Shown here: one piece after another, positions 22,668 to 34,034 of the stretch
Layout of the letters: each line of letters starts with the position of its first letter
Numbering within the stretch: position 1 is the stretch's first letter
DNA from: Candidatus Heimdallarchaeum endolithica
Lineage (GTDB): Archaea > Asgardarchaeota > Heimdallarchaeia > Heimdallarchaeales > Heimdallarchaeaceae
Reading direction: 5' to 3'
Length of the DNA stretch: 64,000 bases
Assembly (NCBI GenBank): GCA_021513715.1
Contig: CP084167.1
Span: 1,984,001 to 2,048,000 of the forward strand
Made by a program: the position numbers and the translations under genes
The notes under the pieces: model-generated
What the model saw: only the letters and a program-made list of their open reading frames with translations
What the model was told of the DNA's origin: nothing
The model's database searches: none

Positions 22668-24041
22668 ATGAATATGCATTCCAAAATAATTACTTATGAC
22701 AATATTATTGAATTAAAGGATAAAAAAAATTTACAACTACGAGTTGAAATTTTTAAAATCAAAAACTTCAGTGTGGAAAATAAACATTTAATAAATGAGT
22801 TGACATCTAGAAAGCAAACTTACAGTCTTTATATTTCAAAGAAAGAGATTCTTTTGTTCATGTATTATTTTAAAGATGAGTTGGAGAAAATTGATTCAAA
22901 TGGAATATCAAGTAACAACTTTTTATCTTGCTATGTAGATAAATTTAACGAAAGTGATAATTATTTTCCATTACAAAAAATTAAAAAAATAAAAGAAAAA
23001 AAGGATTTAATTGAGATCACTAACGAAAACAATGAAAAAACATTTTATCGAATATATGTATGTAGATTAAAGAAGGGAGAGCAGTTACTAGAAAAAGATA
23101 TAGCCAAATACTTCATCGACATAGCAAATTTGGATTTCTTTGATGTTGTAATATCGCAAAAATTTGATAACAAAGATGGAAAAAAAGGTGAAAATTGGGG
23201 AATTTTTTTAGTTGCAAAACATAAAAAAGAGGAAGAACTTGAGTTAAAACACAAACATTTTCTGAATTTTATTAGTCGCAAAATAAAGTCATTTAACATA
23301 AATTTTGTAAAGGCAACTAAATCGGATATTGAGTGGAATAAAACAAAATTCCAGCTACTACTACCATGGATAAGACATTCTGGCAATTTGGCATTCAAAT
23401 TGAATTTCGATTCATTTTTTATTAACTTCAATACAGTAATAAAACTAAATTTAAAGGAAAAACAAACTAACTTAGACAAAGAAAATGGAGTTAGACTAGT
23501 CCAAAAAATTGAAAAAAAGCCATTACCATCAGTAAAGGAAATTGAGAATAAATTAAGAATATCAAATAACGATTTTAAACTAAAAAAAGATGAAATAAAA
23601 ACTAAAATTGAAGAACCGATAATTATTAAAACAATCCCAAAAACAACTGAAATATCGAAAAAATCCAATAAAAATTCAATAAGAAGAACAGTTTCAGGAA
23701 TTTTTAAAACAATAGGTTTTAAGGAAAGCTTAATTTTTAACAACAAATTTGATATTGTACTAAGAAGAGGGACTTCATATATTTTTGTTATTATTTCTCC
23801 TGACACATTTCTTGCTCATAACGCCTATGAACTTGTTGAAGAATTATCAGGCATTGCAGGCTTAAGAAATAATTTTCTAGCTTTGGTAATTGCTCCAGTT
23901 TTTGAAAAAAAAGCAGAAAAAGTATTACGAGATTACAACATTATAATGATCAACAAGTTTGAAAGCATGGATGAAGAAAGGTTAAAACAAGTTCTATATG
24001 AAAAATTTAGTGAATTATATTCATTCCTACCTGCTGTCTAA
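22668..24041 (+). CDS. Hypothetical protein with C-terminal degenerate Mrr/PD-(D/E)xK-like domain
   Basis: IFKTIGF...FDIVLRRG..YIFV...ALVIAPVF...AEKVLRDYNIIMI resembles the Mrr_cat fold; no ExK motif. Confidence 0.5.
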   Translation: MNMHSKIITYDNIIELKDKKNLQLRVEIFKIKNFSVENKHLINELTSRKQTYSLYISKKEILLFMYYFKDELEKIDSNGISSNNFLSCYVDKFNESDNYFPLQKIKKIKEKKDLIEITNENNEKTFYRIYVCRLKKGEQLLEKDIAKYFIDIANLDFFDVVISQKFDNKDGKKGENWGIFLVAKHKKEEELELKHKHFLNFISRKIKSFNINFVKATKSDIEWNKTKFQLLLPWIRHSGNLAFKLNFDSFFINFNTVIKLNLKEKQTNLDKENGVRLVQKIEKKPLPSVKEIENKLRISNNDFKLKKDEIKTKIEEPIIIKTIPKTTEISKKSNKNSIRRTVSGIFKTIGFKESLIFNNKFDIVLRRGTSYIFVIISPDTFLAHNAYELVEELSGIAGLRNNFLALVIAPVFEKKAEKVLRDYNIIMINKFESMDEERLKQVLYEKFSELYSFLPAV

Positions 24042-24223
24042 GATAATTTATATTAAACAGCATTGAGACTTAAATCTTAAATATCGTGGCGGAGGAGAGA
24101 ATAACCACTTCGTCTGGCTCAATGAGCATTTTGTTTTTTCTTTCAAAAAACTAACAAGGAAGTAAAATTTATTCAAAAAATGCCCAAAAATTGAGTTTTG
24201 ATGTATCAAAAAGATTATTCTAG

Positions 24224-24296
24224 CGGGCCAGGTAGGAATTGAACCTACGATAGCCTGCTCCGGAGGCAGGTGCCTTATCCACTAGACTACTGGCCC
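24224..24296 (-). tRNA. tRNA-Arg(CCG); no intron, CCA not encoded
   Basis: Acceptor GGGCCAG/CTGGCCC, anticodon stem CCTGC/GCAGG with CT-CCG-GA loop, TTCAATT T-loop. Confidence 0.95.
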
Positions 24297-24403
24297 AAGA
24301 TTTGATTGATTTTACAACTTAAAAAATCATCATCTTTAGATAAATAGTTTCGTTTTTATGAAGTGAGTTTAGATTTTTGGAGAAGAATAAAGATGGATAG
24401 TAA

Positions 24404-24748
24404 TCAATCATATTCTCTCCAAGTATGACCACATTCTACGCATCTGAAAAATCGGGTTGGAGATTCATCTGCACTTCTAGTTTGTTGTTGCCAATAAGTA
24501 ACCTTCTGCTTTTTCTCACATTTTGGGCAGTATAATTCTCTTGTTGGCAGAGTTTTATCGATTACAGACTCATCAATAACTTCTGACTTTAACAGTTCCT
24601 TTTCTATATCATGATTAATTTCCTCTGTAAATGAATCGTCTTGTTCATTAGTAATTTCCTTTGTAAAACCGCATTTTGTACAAATCAATTTACCATCTTC
24701 AGGTATCATTAATTTTCCACATTTAGGACAAAATTCCAATAATATCAC
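24404..24748 (-). CDS. tfs: Transcription factor S (TFS/RpoM family)
   Basis: Two zinc ribbons and the catalytic QTRSADE hairpin. Confidence 0.93.
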   Translation of the reverse strand: MILLEFCPKCGKLMIPEDGKLICTKCGFTKEITNEQDDSFTEEINHDIEKELLKSEVIDESVIDKTLPTRELYCPKCEKKQKVTYWQQQTRSADESPTRFFRCVECGHTWREYD

Positions 24749-24823
24749 CTATAAGCCTTGAATGATACAAAGAGTATTATTTCAAAAATATTTCCTTTAG
24801 AGCAAAATAGGAAAGAAGTAATT

Positions 24824-25564
24824 TCAGACAAACATTCCTTTATCTGAATCATCTTTTTCAGTTTGGGGCTTGTTAGCTTTTAATAAACTTTGAATTTCTT
24901 TTTCAATTTTCTCTGCTTGTTCAATTAATGCAGAAATGTCTACTGTAATACCAACCATCTTCTCGATCTCTTTAATCGCAATACTTGCTGCAATTGGATC
25001 AGGTCTCGATCTCTCTGCATAAGGTAATAAAGCCATAGCTGGAAAATCATGTAACTCAGAGAAGAGCATTACATAAGCTAAAGGTCCTGTTACATAAAGA
25101 CCTTCATCCAAAGTTGGAATTGAAATGGATTTTCCAAGGTCAATAAAAGCTTGGGTATAAATAGCTTTTAACTGGTTTTCATCTTTAAGTCTGTTGTCCA
25201 AACCCCCAACCAATATCGCTTGTTTAAAATCAGCATCGATACACCATTTTACTAGTGTTTTTGTAAATTTCAGGTGCTCACTTTTTATTGGTTCAAAAAT
25301 GGGCAATACAATAACTAGATCGTCCTTTTTATATATTTCAAAGGGAAAAGTAATGCGTTCATTTTTTATAGTTATAAATTGGGGTATATTTTCAGTAATT
25401 ATAAAACCTATTCTTTTAGCTCCAATTTTTTCAACAATGTGACTAACTGAGATATAACCGCACTCACCAATACCATGCCAACCATTTAGTAATGTACAAC
25501 CTTTAAAATTTTCTTTCTCCTTAAATACAAAACTAATTTCTTCATACTTTTTTATAAAAACCAT
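24824..25564 (-). CDS. PAC2-family proteasome assembly chaperone
   Basis: GWHGIGECGYI and RPDPIAA motifs, C-terminal HbYX-like GMFV. Confidence 0.85.
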   Translation of the reverse strand: MVFIKKYEEISFVFKEKENFKGCTLLNGWHGIGECGYISVSHIVEKIGAKRIGFIITENIPQFITIKNERITFPFEIYKKDDLVIVLPIFEPIKSEHLKFTKTLVKWCIDADFKQAILVGGLDNRLKDENQLKAIYTQAFIDLGKSISIPTLDEGLYVTGPLAYVMLFSELHDFPAMALLPYAERSRPDPIAASIAIKEIEKMVGITVDISALIEQAEKIEKEIQSLLKANKPQTEKDDSDKGMFV

Positions 25565-25608
25565 TTTTTTCCACCAATAAAGCTAAATAGAAAAGAAAAT
25601 ATAGAAGG

Positions 25609-26343
25609 TTATTTCCTTCCTTTCTTTCGACCACTTCGTTTAGCAGCTATCAAACCAACTTTCTTTCCTGGTTGAGAATGTCTAGATACTGTTGTAGATC
25701 TTGGTGGACCTTGATGTGAGCCACCACCATGTGGATGACTTACAGCATTCATGGCAACACCTCGAACACGTGGATAATAGTGTCCTTTTGCTTTCATCGC
25801 ATGATACTTATTTCCTGCTTTAACAAAAGGTTTCTCTGTTCGGCCTCCACCAGCTACAATACCGATAGTAGCTCTACATCTTTGAGGAATCTCTTTGATT
25901 TCACCACTAGGTAACTGAACTTTTACTTTACCTTTATCTCTTCCAAGAATTAGAGCATATCCTCCACTTGAGCGAATAATCCTGCCACCATCACCTGGAG
26001 TGAGTTCTATGTTAAAGACAGGAGTACCATCGGGTATAAATTGTAATGGAAGGGTATTATTTATTTGTATAGAAGCTGCTGCGCCATACTCAATCTGTTG
26101 ACCAACTCTAACACCTTCAGAGACTAAACTAACCTTTTTAAGATCATCTTCAAATAGAACTCTCGCAATAGGAGCTCCTCTTCCAGGATCATGGATAATA
26201 TCCTTAACTACACCAGTAATTTTTCCAGAGTATTCTATTTTGGAGAGTTTTCTATATTTTATGCTTCCTTTTCTTTTATGAGAAGCTGCGCGAAATTGTG
26301 ATGTTCCTCTTCCGCGTCTTTGTACTAAAATTTTCTTACCCAT
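25609..26343 (-). CDS. rpl2: 50S ribosomal protein uL2
   Basis: HDPGRGAP and RGVAMNAVSHPHGGG motifs. Confidence 0.98.
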   Translation of the reverse strand: MGKKILVQRRGRGTSQFRAASHKRKGSIKYRKLSKIEYSGKITGVVKDIIHDPGRGAPIARVLFEDDLKKVSLVSEGVRVGQQIEYGAAASIQINNTLPLQFIPDGTPVFNIELTPGDGGRIIRSSGGYALILGRDKGKVKVQLPSGEIKEIPQRCRATIGIVAGGGRTEKPFVKAGNKYHAMKAKGHYYPRVRGVAMNAVSHPHGGGSHQGPPRSTTVSRHSQPGKKVGLIAAKRSGRKKGRK

Positions 26344-26355
26344 ATTTTCACCACC

Positions 26356-26619
26356 TTAGAACAGACCCATCTTTGAAGCAATGTCTGCAGCATCATCAAA
26401 TTCGCTCAATTTTACATATGCCTTTTTCGTACCTCGTGGAGTAATTAAAGTATTAACTTTTTCTACTTTGACATTATACAACTTTTCTATTGCTTCCTTG
26501 ATTTGATGTTTCGTTGCTCTACGATCAACTAGGACGACAAGTTTATTTTCTCTTTCAATTAACTCAAAATCTTTCTCGCTAATTAAAGGTTTCTTGATTA
26601 TATTGTACAAATCCATCAT
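26356..26619 (-). CDS. rpl23: 50S ribosomal protein uL23
   Basis: KVNTL...KKAYVKL motif; synteny. Confidence 0.96.
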   Translation of the reverse strand: MMDLYNIIKKPLISEKDFELIERENKLVVLVDRRATKHQIKEAIEKLYNVKVEKVNTLITPRGTKKAYVKLSEFDDAADIASKMGLF

Positions 26620-26621
26620 CC

Positions 26622-27407
26622 TCACCTATATTTTTCATTTAAATATGCAACAGCTTTTTCAGTCCAAATTGTTAGTCGACCTGGATCGGCTCCGGGAGCA
26701 AGTAACTCTGTTTTTAATTTATTAACTGGTTTCACATCAACACCCAAAACATTTCTAGCAGCTTTGAGAATGGGACTATCGTCACTACCCACAATAATTA
26801 ATGGTCCAACAGGCGTCTTATATCTTCTTCCGCGCATCTTTCCTTTTCCAGGACGGATACGACGACCATTTTTAACCCTCTCTAGGTCAGCTCCAACACC
26901 CAAATTGTTTAACAATTTAATTGCATCTTTTGTCTTTGATATTTCCTCTGCTTTTTCCTCTACAATTATTGGAAATTCTATAGCATCATTAAAGCGATGT
27001 CCTCTCTCTCGTACTGCATCTTTTAGCGCGGTAAAAGCGATAGAAGATTTTAAAGCGAGAAGGTGCTCTTTTTTGTTGATTTTCTCGATAATGTTTTTAG
27101 TACTTTTTGGGGGATGAGCTTTATGCCCACCTCTTGCTTGTGGTACAAAAGCTCCGCGTTGGGCGCTATGGGTTCGTGTTCCTTTTGTTCGAGGGACTCT
27201 TGCAGCTCCTCGTCCAGGGCCCCAATTTTCTACAGAAACCAGCCGACCAGCTAAAGGACTAACTCCTTTTGGTTGCCTATTCCAACTTTGTTCTGCAAGG
27301 ACAGCACGTTTGATTACATCTTTCCTTAATGGAGTTTCAAAAACAATAGGCAGTTCTATTTCAACATTTGTCTTTGTACCATTTACTGACATTATAATAG
27401 CTTTCAT
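26622..27407 (-). CDS. rpl4: 50S ribosomal protein uL4
   Basis: [34 protein letters not shown] motifs. Confidence 0.97.
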   Translation of the reverse strand: MKAIIMSVNGTKTNVEIELPIVFETPLRKDVIKRAVLAEQSWNRQPKGVSPLAGRLVSVENWGPGRGAARVPRTKGTRTHSAQRGAFVPQARGGHKAHPPKSTKNIIEKINKKEHLLALKSSIAFTALKDAVRERGHRFNDAIEFPIIVEEKAEEISKTKDAIKLLNNLGVGADLERVKNGRRIRPGKGKMRGRRYKTPVGPLIIVGSDDSPILKAARNVLGVDVKPVNKLKTELLAPGADPGRLTIWTEKAVAYLNEKYR

Positions 27408-27412
27408 TCATT

Positions 27413-28414
27413 TCACCCTTGTTGACTTTTCCTTGATATATATGTTATCTGCGGCTCTTTTTCTTGCTGAGGAGTCTTTCTCATAGGTTTTCTCAAAAAA
27501 ACAGTACGCTTTTTGCTTCCAGGAATTGAACCTTTAAGTAAAACATAATTGTTTTTTACTTCCCCATAGTTAATAAAGCCTCCGTCAGGAATAATTTCCT
27601 TGCCATCAGAACCTATTTGCATAATTCGTTTGTTGTATTCTGTACGAGTATGAAAACCCATTTGCCCATGTCTGGGAACAGTCCACATTGTTCGTGCTGG
27701 GTGCCAAGGTCCTATTGAACCAACACCACGTTTTGTTCCTTTAGATTTATGTTGTAGTATTTTAATTCCATGTCTTTTAACTGGTCCTTGAAAACCTTTT
27801 CCCTTTGTAACTGCAATTACATCGGCAAATTCTCCGGCTTTGAACACATCTCGTATCATCACTTCTTTACCTAATAAAGACAGACCATATTCAAATCCTT
27901 CAGAAGGGCTATTACAACCGATTTTTATTTCACTAATAGAGGGGGTTTTCGTTCCAATTCCAGTCAAGTATGGTTGTGTATGTACTATAGCTCTGATCTC
28001 CACCATTTCGGGGAGTTTTGCTTCAAAGTTCTTTTTTGCTTTCTCAAAATCGTATTTTTTAGGAGTTTTAACACGCCGACGTAATTCTTCCTTATATTCA
28101 GAAGAGAAGAGATCAGCTGAAATACTAAGACCATAAGGAGTCTTAGCGTAGCCGCGGAGACCATAAACAACAATTGGCGGGGTCTCAATAACAGTGCAAG
28201 CTACTGTTACCTCGCGGTTCGCCAGATGACTTTGCCGGCGATCCTCTATATACGATAGTTGGCTCATTCCCGCTTTGATACCTAAGAAACCAAGCAACTT
28301 TGGCTGTCCATTATATGCTGGCCAAGCTCTTGGTTTAGGAGTAATCCTTGCGGCTCTATTCCTTCTGTATCCAAGCGATGAGCGACGAGGTGCATGGCTT
28401 GTTCTACTTCCCAT
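27413..28414 (-). CDS. rpl3: 50S ribosomal protein uL3
   Basis: TKGKGFQGPVKR, GPWHP, GQMGFHTRTE motifs. Confidence 0.98.
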   Translation of the reverse strand: MGSRTSHAPRRSSLGYRRNRAARITPKPRAWPAYNGQPKLLGFLGIKAGMSQLSYIEDRRQSHLANREVTVACTVIETPPIVVYGLRGYAKTPYGLSISADLFSSEYKEELRRRVKTPKKYDFEKAKKNFEAKLPEMVEIRAIVHTQPYLTGIGTKTPSISEIKIGCNSPSEGFEYGLSLLGKEVMIRDVFKAGEFADVIAVTKGKGFQGPVKRHGIKILQHKSKGTKRGVGSIGPWHPARTMWTVPRHGQMGFHTRTEYNKRIMQIGSDGKEIIPDGGFINYGEVKNNYVLLKGSIPGSKKRTVFLRKPMRKTPQQEKEPQITYISRKSQQG

Positions 28415-28559
28415 GTTATCACATCTTTATTTTTATTTTTTTATCATAAAACCAGTTTGTTATTTTAATATACAAACTGGTATCTTATGCTTGTATTCCG
28501 AAAATCATTTTGCTCATATAAAGATGTTGTTTTGCGTTTTTTATAAAACAACTAAAAAG

Positions 28560-29093
28560 CTACACTTTTCGAAAATAACGTTTTAAAGGACTCCCACAAT
28601 CTGCACAACAGTCTAGTTTTTTTGAGAACTGAGCTCCACATACAGTACATTTCCAGTAATATTTTTTTCTCTTTGTAATTTTAAAAAAGGAAGATAATAC
28701 TCTGATATTAAATATATTACAAAGATTCTGGATTGCATTGTCATCAGAAATAATAGTAAACTCTGGGTTTTCTATTGCAAGAGCTATAACATTAAGATCG
28801 TAACTCGACAATCGCTCATATTCACCAGCCTGTTTAGCTAGATTAACTGCATTAGAGAGCGAAAAAGAAGAAGGCATGAGAAAGATTATGTTTTTTTTAC
28901 TCTCAAGGAGGGTTAAAACTAAATTACTTTCAAATGATTTTAATTCCTCTTTAATATTAGCTGGAACAATAACAACACAATCATCTGTGAGAAACCAATC
29001 TTTTGCTAGAATCTGAATTATGACTGTAGAATCTAGAATTAGTTTTTTTGGAAAATTTTCGGGTAAACTTCGCTTTTGAACCAATTCATTCAC
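28560..29093 (-). CDS. NOB1-like PIN-domain endonuclease with zinc ribbon
   Basis: ILDST, LSSYD, ISDD..IQN, CTVC...CADCG motifs. Confidence 0.85.
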   Translation of the reverse strand: MNELVQKRSLPENFPKKLILDSTVIIQILAKDWFLTDDCVVIVPANIKEELKSFESNLVLTLLESKKNIIFLMPSSFSLSNAVNLAKQAGEYERLSSYDLNVIALAIENPEFTIISDDNAIQNLCNIFNIRVLSSFFKITKRKKYYWKCTVCGAQFSKKLDCCADCGSPLKRYFRKV

Positions 29094-29923
29094 CGAATAC
29101 GCTCCAGCAGTTTATTTCGAACACGTTTTATATAATTGTCAGAAAATCTAATAAACCTGATTTTTTCGCCAGATTTGTAGATTTTTACATTTTCATTGTA
29201 TCCTAATGTATAGTGCGCTTGTCCATCAACCACAACGATTCCTGTTCTAAATTTAGCCTCATTAGTAACTGTTACTACTGTATCAGTCGAAAAAACAATT
29301 GGTGAAACGTTTACAATAAAGGGGCAAATTGGAACAAGACAAAAAGCTTCTACATTAGGCATTATAAGGGGTCCTCCAGCAGATCTTGCATATGCACTCG
29401 AACCAGCACTTGTTGAAACAATTACACCATCGCCCTCAATAACATAAAACAATTTATTGTTAATTTCAACCTTTAACCTCATGATATTCCCATGATTCTT
29501 TGGAACGATGGTTATATCATTAACGGCAGAAATAGGCGGATAAGACTCTGATGAAACTGCTACTGTTGAAAACTCTTCTATAATAAATTCATCATTCAAA
29601 ATTTTATTAATTGCCCAATCTAACTTTTGAGGAATTATTTCAGTAAGAAACCCTACACGACCACAATTAACTCCCAAAATCGGAGATTCTTTCCATTGAG
29701 TAAAAGTTTTTAGTATAGTACCATCTCCCCCAAAAACAACAATTAGATCAGGTTGTTGTCCTTGTATTATAAAGTCAGATTTTCTCAAATTTTTGGCTAA
29801 TACTTGGCTTAAAGCGACCTTATAACCTTTTCCTAACAACATAGAAAGCGCTTCTGAAGCAGAAATCAAAGCACTTTCCTTTTCTGATGAAACTAGAAGT
29901 ATTAAAGAATCTTTTGTCAGCAA
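29090..29923 (-). CDS. nadK: NAD kinase
   Basis: GGDGTIL, GRVGFL, GDG, GSSAYARSAGGP motifs. Confidence 0.92.
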   Translation of the reverse strand: MLTKDSLILLVSSEKESALISASEALSMLLGKGYKVALSQVLAKNLRKSDFIIQGQQPDLIVVFGGDGTILKTFTQWKESPILGVNCGRVGFLTEIIPQKLDWAINKILNDEFIIEEFSTVAVSSESYPPISAVNDITIVPKNHGNIMRLKVEINNKLFYVIEGDGVIVSTSAGSSAYARSAGGPLIMPNVEAFCLVPICPFIVNVSPIVFSTDTVVTVTNEAKFRTGIVVVDGQAHYTLGYNENVKIYKSGEKIRFIRFSDNYIKRVRNKLLERIR

Positions 29924-30152
29924 TGCCCTTCTAAAGAAAATAAGAATAATCTAATAAAAATATTGGGTTGGACATAAATTATTATAATTAAGTATTAATA
30001 AGGTACCTAATCTCAGAAAATTCAAATAAAGTATCCTTTAATTTTTATTGAGTATTATAACAAACTTATACTGTTTATTCAAGACACATAATATAATTTT
30101 CTTCAACAAAATATAATTTTAAAAAGTATTAGTACTAAAACGAATTGATAGA

Positions 30153-30992
30153 ATGCGATATGCAGTAAAAGTTTTTTATTTGGGTGATTATTATTATGGT
30201 TACCAAAGACAACCTAATGTACCTACTGTAGAAGGTACAATTATCAATGCACTAAAGAAGGCAGGATACATTACTGATGTAAAAACAAGTAATTTTGCAA
30301 GTGCAACACGGACTGACCGTTATGTAAGTGCATTAGGAAATTGTTTCGCTTTTAATACAAAAAAGGATCTAATAATTACCCAATTAAATCATTTTTTACC
30401 ACACAATAACAGTATTATTTGTTGGGCAAAAAGTACCGTAGACGAAGATTTTTCTCCAAGGTTTGCAAAACTGAAAAAATATTGGTATTTTCTCTCAAGA
30501 AACTACATAAATGAAAAACAGTTATCAATTAATGACATAAAAAAAGTATGTAAAAAATTCGAGGGAACCCACGATTTTAGATTATTTTCAAAGTTTAATG
30601 AAAAAGATACTATACGATCAATTGACAAAATTAATTTAATTGAAAATCAAGATAGTTTAATTTTAGAATTCATCGGTCAATCATTTCTTTGGCAGCAAAT
30701 TAGAAGAATTATATCCTACACTTTATCATTTCCTTTTCTACCAGAACAGTTTCAAAACACAGAGGAATTATTAAGGGAAAATAGCATAAATCACCTTCCC
30801 CTTAAACCAGCAAGTCCACACCACCTTTTATTTGTTGAGCATTATTATGAAAATCTTAATTGGAAAGTAAACCAAACCACATTAAAAAAAATATTATCAT
30901 ATTCAATGTTTCAAACTTTTGAACTCGATTCAAAATATGCTAGATTCAAAAAGCAATGGTCCTTTTTTAAAGATATGATCGAAGAAAATTAA
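30153..30992 (+). CDS. truA: tRNA pseudouridine(38-40) synthase
   Basis: GYQRQP..TVEG, RTDRYVSA, GTHDF, FLWQQIRRI motifs. Confidence 0.92.
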   Translation: MRYAVKVFYLGDYYYGYQRQPNVPTVEGTIINALKKAGYITDVKTSNFASATRTDRYVSALGNCFAFNTKKDLIITQLNHFLPHNNSIICWAKSTVDEDFSPRFAKLKKYWYFLSRNYINEKQLSINDIKKVCKKFEGTHDFRLFSKFNEKDTIRSIDKINLIENQDSLILEFIGQSFLWQQIRRIISYTLSFPFLPEQFQNTEELLRENSINHLPLKPASPHHLLFVEHYYENLNWKVNQTTLKKILSYSMFQTFELDSKYARFKKQWSFFKDMIEEN

Positions 30993-31001
30993 AAAAGCAG
31001 T

Positions 31002-31178
31002 TGGCTCATTTTAGCATTTTCACTACTTGAGCGAATAGAGGTTATAGATGAAAAAAGACAGTTCTCTTTTTAGGCATCTATTGCATTATTACACACTTTA
31101 CTTGAAAGGAAAATCTTCAGCTACAGCTTCAGTGGAAAAACATTCAAAAACATTCAATCATCTTTTCTGACTCGTTAA
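31002..31178 (+). pseudogene. Decayed fragment of a transposase related to the one at 31540-32484
   Basis: In-frame translation WLILAFSLLERIEVI...*...RKIFSYS...FKNIQSSFLTR* aligns with transposase WVILALAIIARIEGI...KKIPSKS...WRATESKILEQW. Internal TAG at 31071. Confidence 0.6.
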
Positions 31179-31338
31179 ATACTCTATTCATCTGAATGAC
31201 AAAAAACAGGATTAGAAAAATGTATGAACTCAAGCTAATTATTTAACTCAAGCAGTCTTAAGAAAACGACAGAAAAGCAATATTTAAAAAATAAAAAAGA
31301 ACAAAAATCAAAAACAGAAGTAAGAATAAAAAAAGAGT

Positions 31339-31478
31339 GCCCTGATGGTGTAGCGCGGCCAATCATAATGGACTCTCACATGTTGAGGTCCGTGGGCCAA
31401 AACAGAAGAATCCATTGACCCGGGTTCAAAAAGATAAATGTTGAGGCATTTATTTTGTAACTCCCGGTCAGGGCACCA
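31339..31478 (+). tRNA. tRNA-Glu(CTC) with two 31-nt introns: 37/38 (31379-31409) and T-loop 59/60 (31431-31461)
   Basis: Acceptor GCCCTGA/TCAGGGC, anticodon stem ATGGA/TCCAT, T stem CCGGG/CCCGG. Removing the second intron restores a TTCAAAT loop; ACCA end. Confidence 0.9.
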
Positions 31479-31509
31479 ATTTCTTTTATAGTATAAATTT
31501 TATATTATA

Positions 31510-32513
31510 AAGCATGTCCAAAAATTAATTTTTATTAATGTGGGGGTTTATGTCGGAAGTATGAATTTCTTTCAGATCATAGACCCCCACAAAGCAAGAG
31601 AATTCATAATCATTAATGAACCTTTCCTTAAGAAACTGGTGAAAGAGGAACCGAGAGAAAGCAAGAGAGGGAGAAAGAGAATAGCAGAAAGATGGGTGAT
31701 ACTGGCTTTAGCAATCATTGCTAGAATAGAAGGGATAGCTTGGAGGAAGTTAGAGGAAAAGTTGTCTTTATGCGATTTTTTGATAGAAGAGGGGTGGATG
31801 AAGAAGATTCCTTCTAAATCTACTTTTCATGCAGTGTGGAGAGCGACAGAAAGTAAAATCTTAGAGCAGTGGATAATAGATTTAGGTAGGGAAATAGTGA
31901 GGAAAAAAGGCTTGAAAGCTATGGCAGTGGATAGTTCAGGGTTTAAAATCCGTCAAGCTTCTGTTTGGCGTTTTCTCAAATGGTCAAGAGGGACACTAAA
32001 GAAAACCTCTAAACTTTTCTGGAAGATACACCTTATAGTTGGTTTACCCTCTCGAGCTATAGTCTCTCTCGCTCATTCTGCTAGTAACACTCACGATAGT
32101 AAAGTCTTCGGTTTACTCTGGCAGAAACTTCCTTCTGCACTCTTGAGACCTTTCTTGCGATTTTATGGAGACTGTGCCTACTGGACAGAAAATATCGTTG
32201 GACTTCTTAGCCAACATTCCTTTTTCCCTGTTATTCCCCCAAAAAGTAATGCTCGTTATCCCTCTCCTCCTCCCCTCGGACCAATAGTTCAAGCTCATCG
32301 TCTCTACCCTGGTCTGTATCGTCGTAATCATCATCCCGAGTATCGTAGTAGTATTGAACACGTCTTTGGTCTCCTTAAACTCTCTCTTCCCCCAATCCTT
32401 GATCGTTTACCCTCCACCATTCTCTCTACCTTGTACAGTTCTCTTCTCTGTTACAACTACCTTTTACTCCTTCGGACCGTTTAGTTGGTGAAAAAGAATT
32501 TTTGGACATGCTT
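31510..32513 (+). mobile_element. IS5-like DDE insertion sequence with 17-bp terminal inverted repeats and TA target duplication
   Basis: AAGCATGTCCAAAAATT ... AATTTTTGGACATGCTT, flanked by TA on both sides. Confidence 0.9.
31540..32484 (+). CDS. DDE transposase (IS5/IS4-superfamily, DDE_Tnp_1-like)
   Basis: AVDSSG, YGDCAY and YRSSIEHVF supply the D, D and E; KIHL and HDS motifs. Confidence 0.9.
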   Translation: MGVYVGSMNFFQIIDPHKAREFIIINEPFLKKLVKEEPRESKRGRKRIAERWVILALAIIARIEGIAWRKLEEKLSLCDFLIEEGWMKKIPSKSTFHAVWRATESKILEQWIIDLGREIVRKKGLKAMAVDSSGFKIRQASVWRFLKWSRGTLKKTSKLFWKIHLIVGLPSRAIVSLAHSASNTHDSKVFGLLWQKLPSALLRPFLRFYGDCAYWTENIVGLLSQHSFFPVIPPKSNARYPSPPPLGPIVQAHRLYPGLYRRNHHPEYRSSIEHVFGLLKLSLPPILDRLPSTILSTLYSSLLCYNYLLLLRTV

Positions 32514-32587
32514 TAATTTTTAAAAATGCAATTAAAAAATTAGCTAGAAGAAATTTAAAATTGTCTTGAAGCAAAAAATACTAAATA

Positions 32588-33898
<1,311 letters not shown>

Positions 33899-34034
33899 TT
33901 AATTTCCACTCCACATGTAAGTTAAAACTAAAAACAAATAAGAATTAAAAAGTGCTATGATTGTTGTTTTTTTTTAGAAATTAGAAAAGAAAAGAGAACA
34001 ATAGAGGTAAAATTAAACGCCTCAGCATTTTTCC

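Noticed and set aside
23045-23806. 253-aa antisense ORF and the many other short antisense ORFs in the track
   Set aside because: Shadow ORFs opposite well-supported or longer genes, with F/L/S/I-biased composition.
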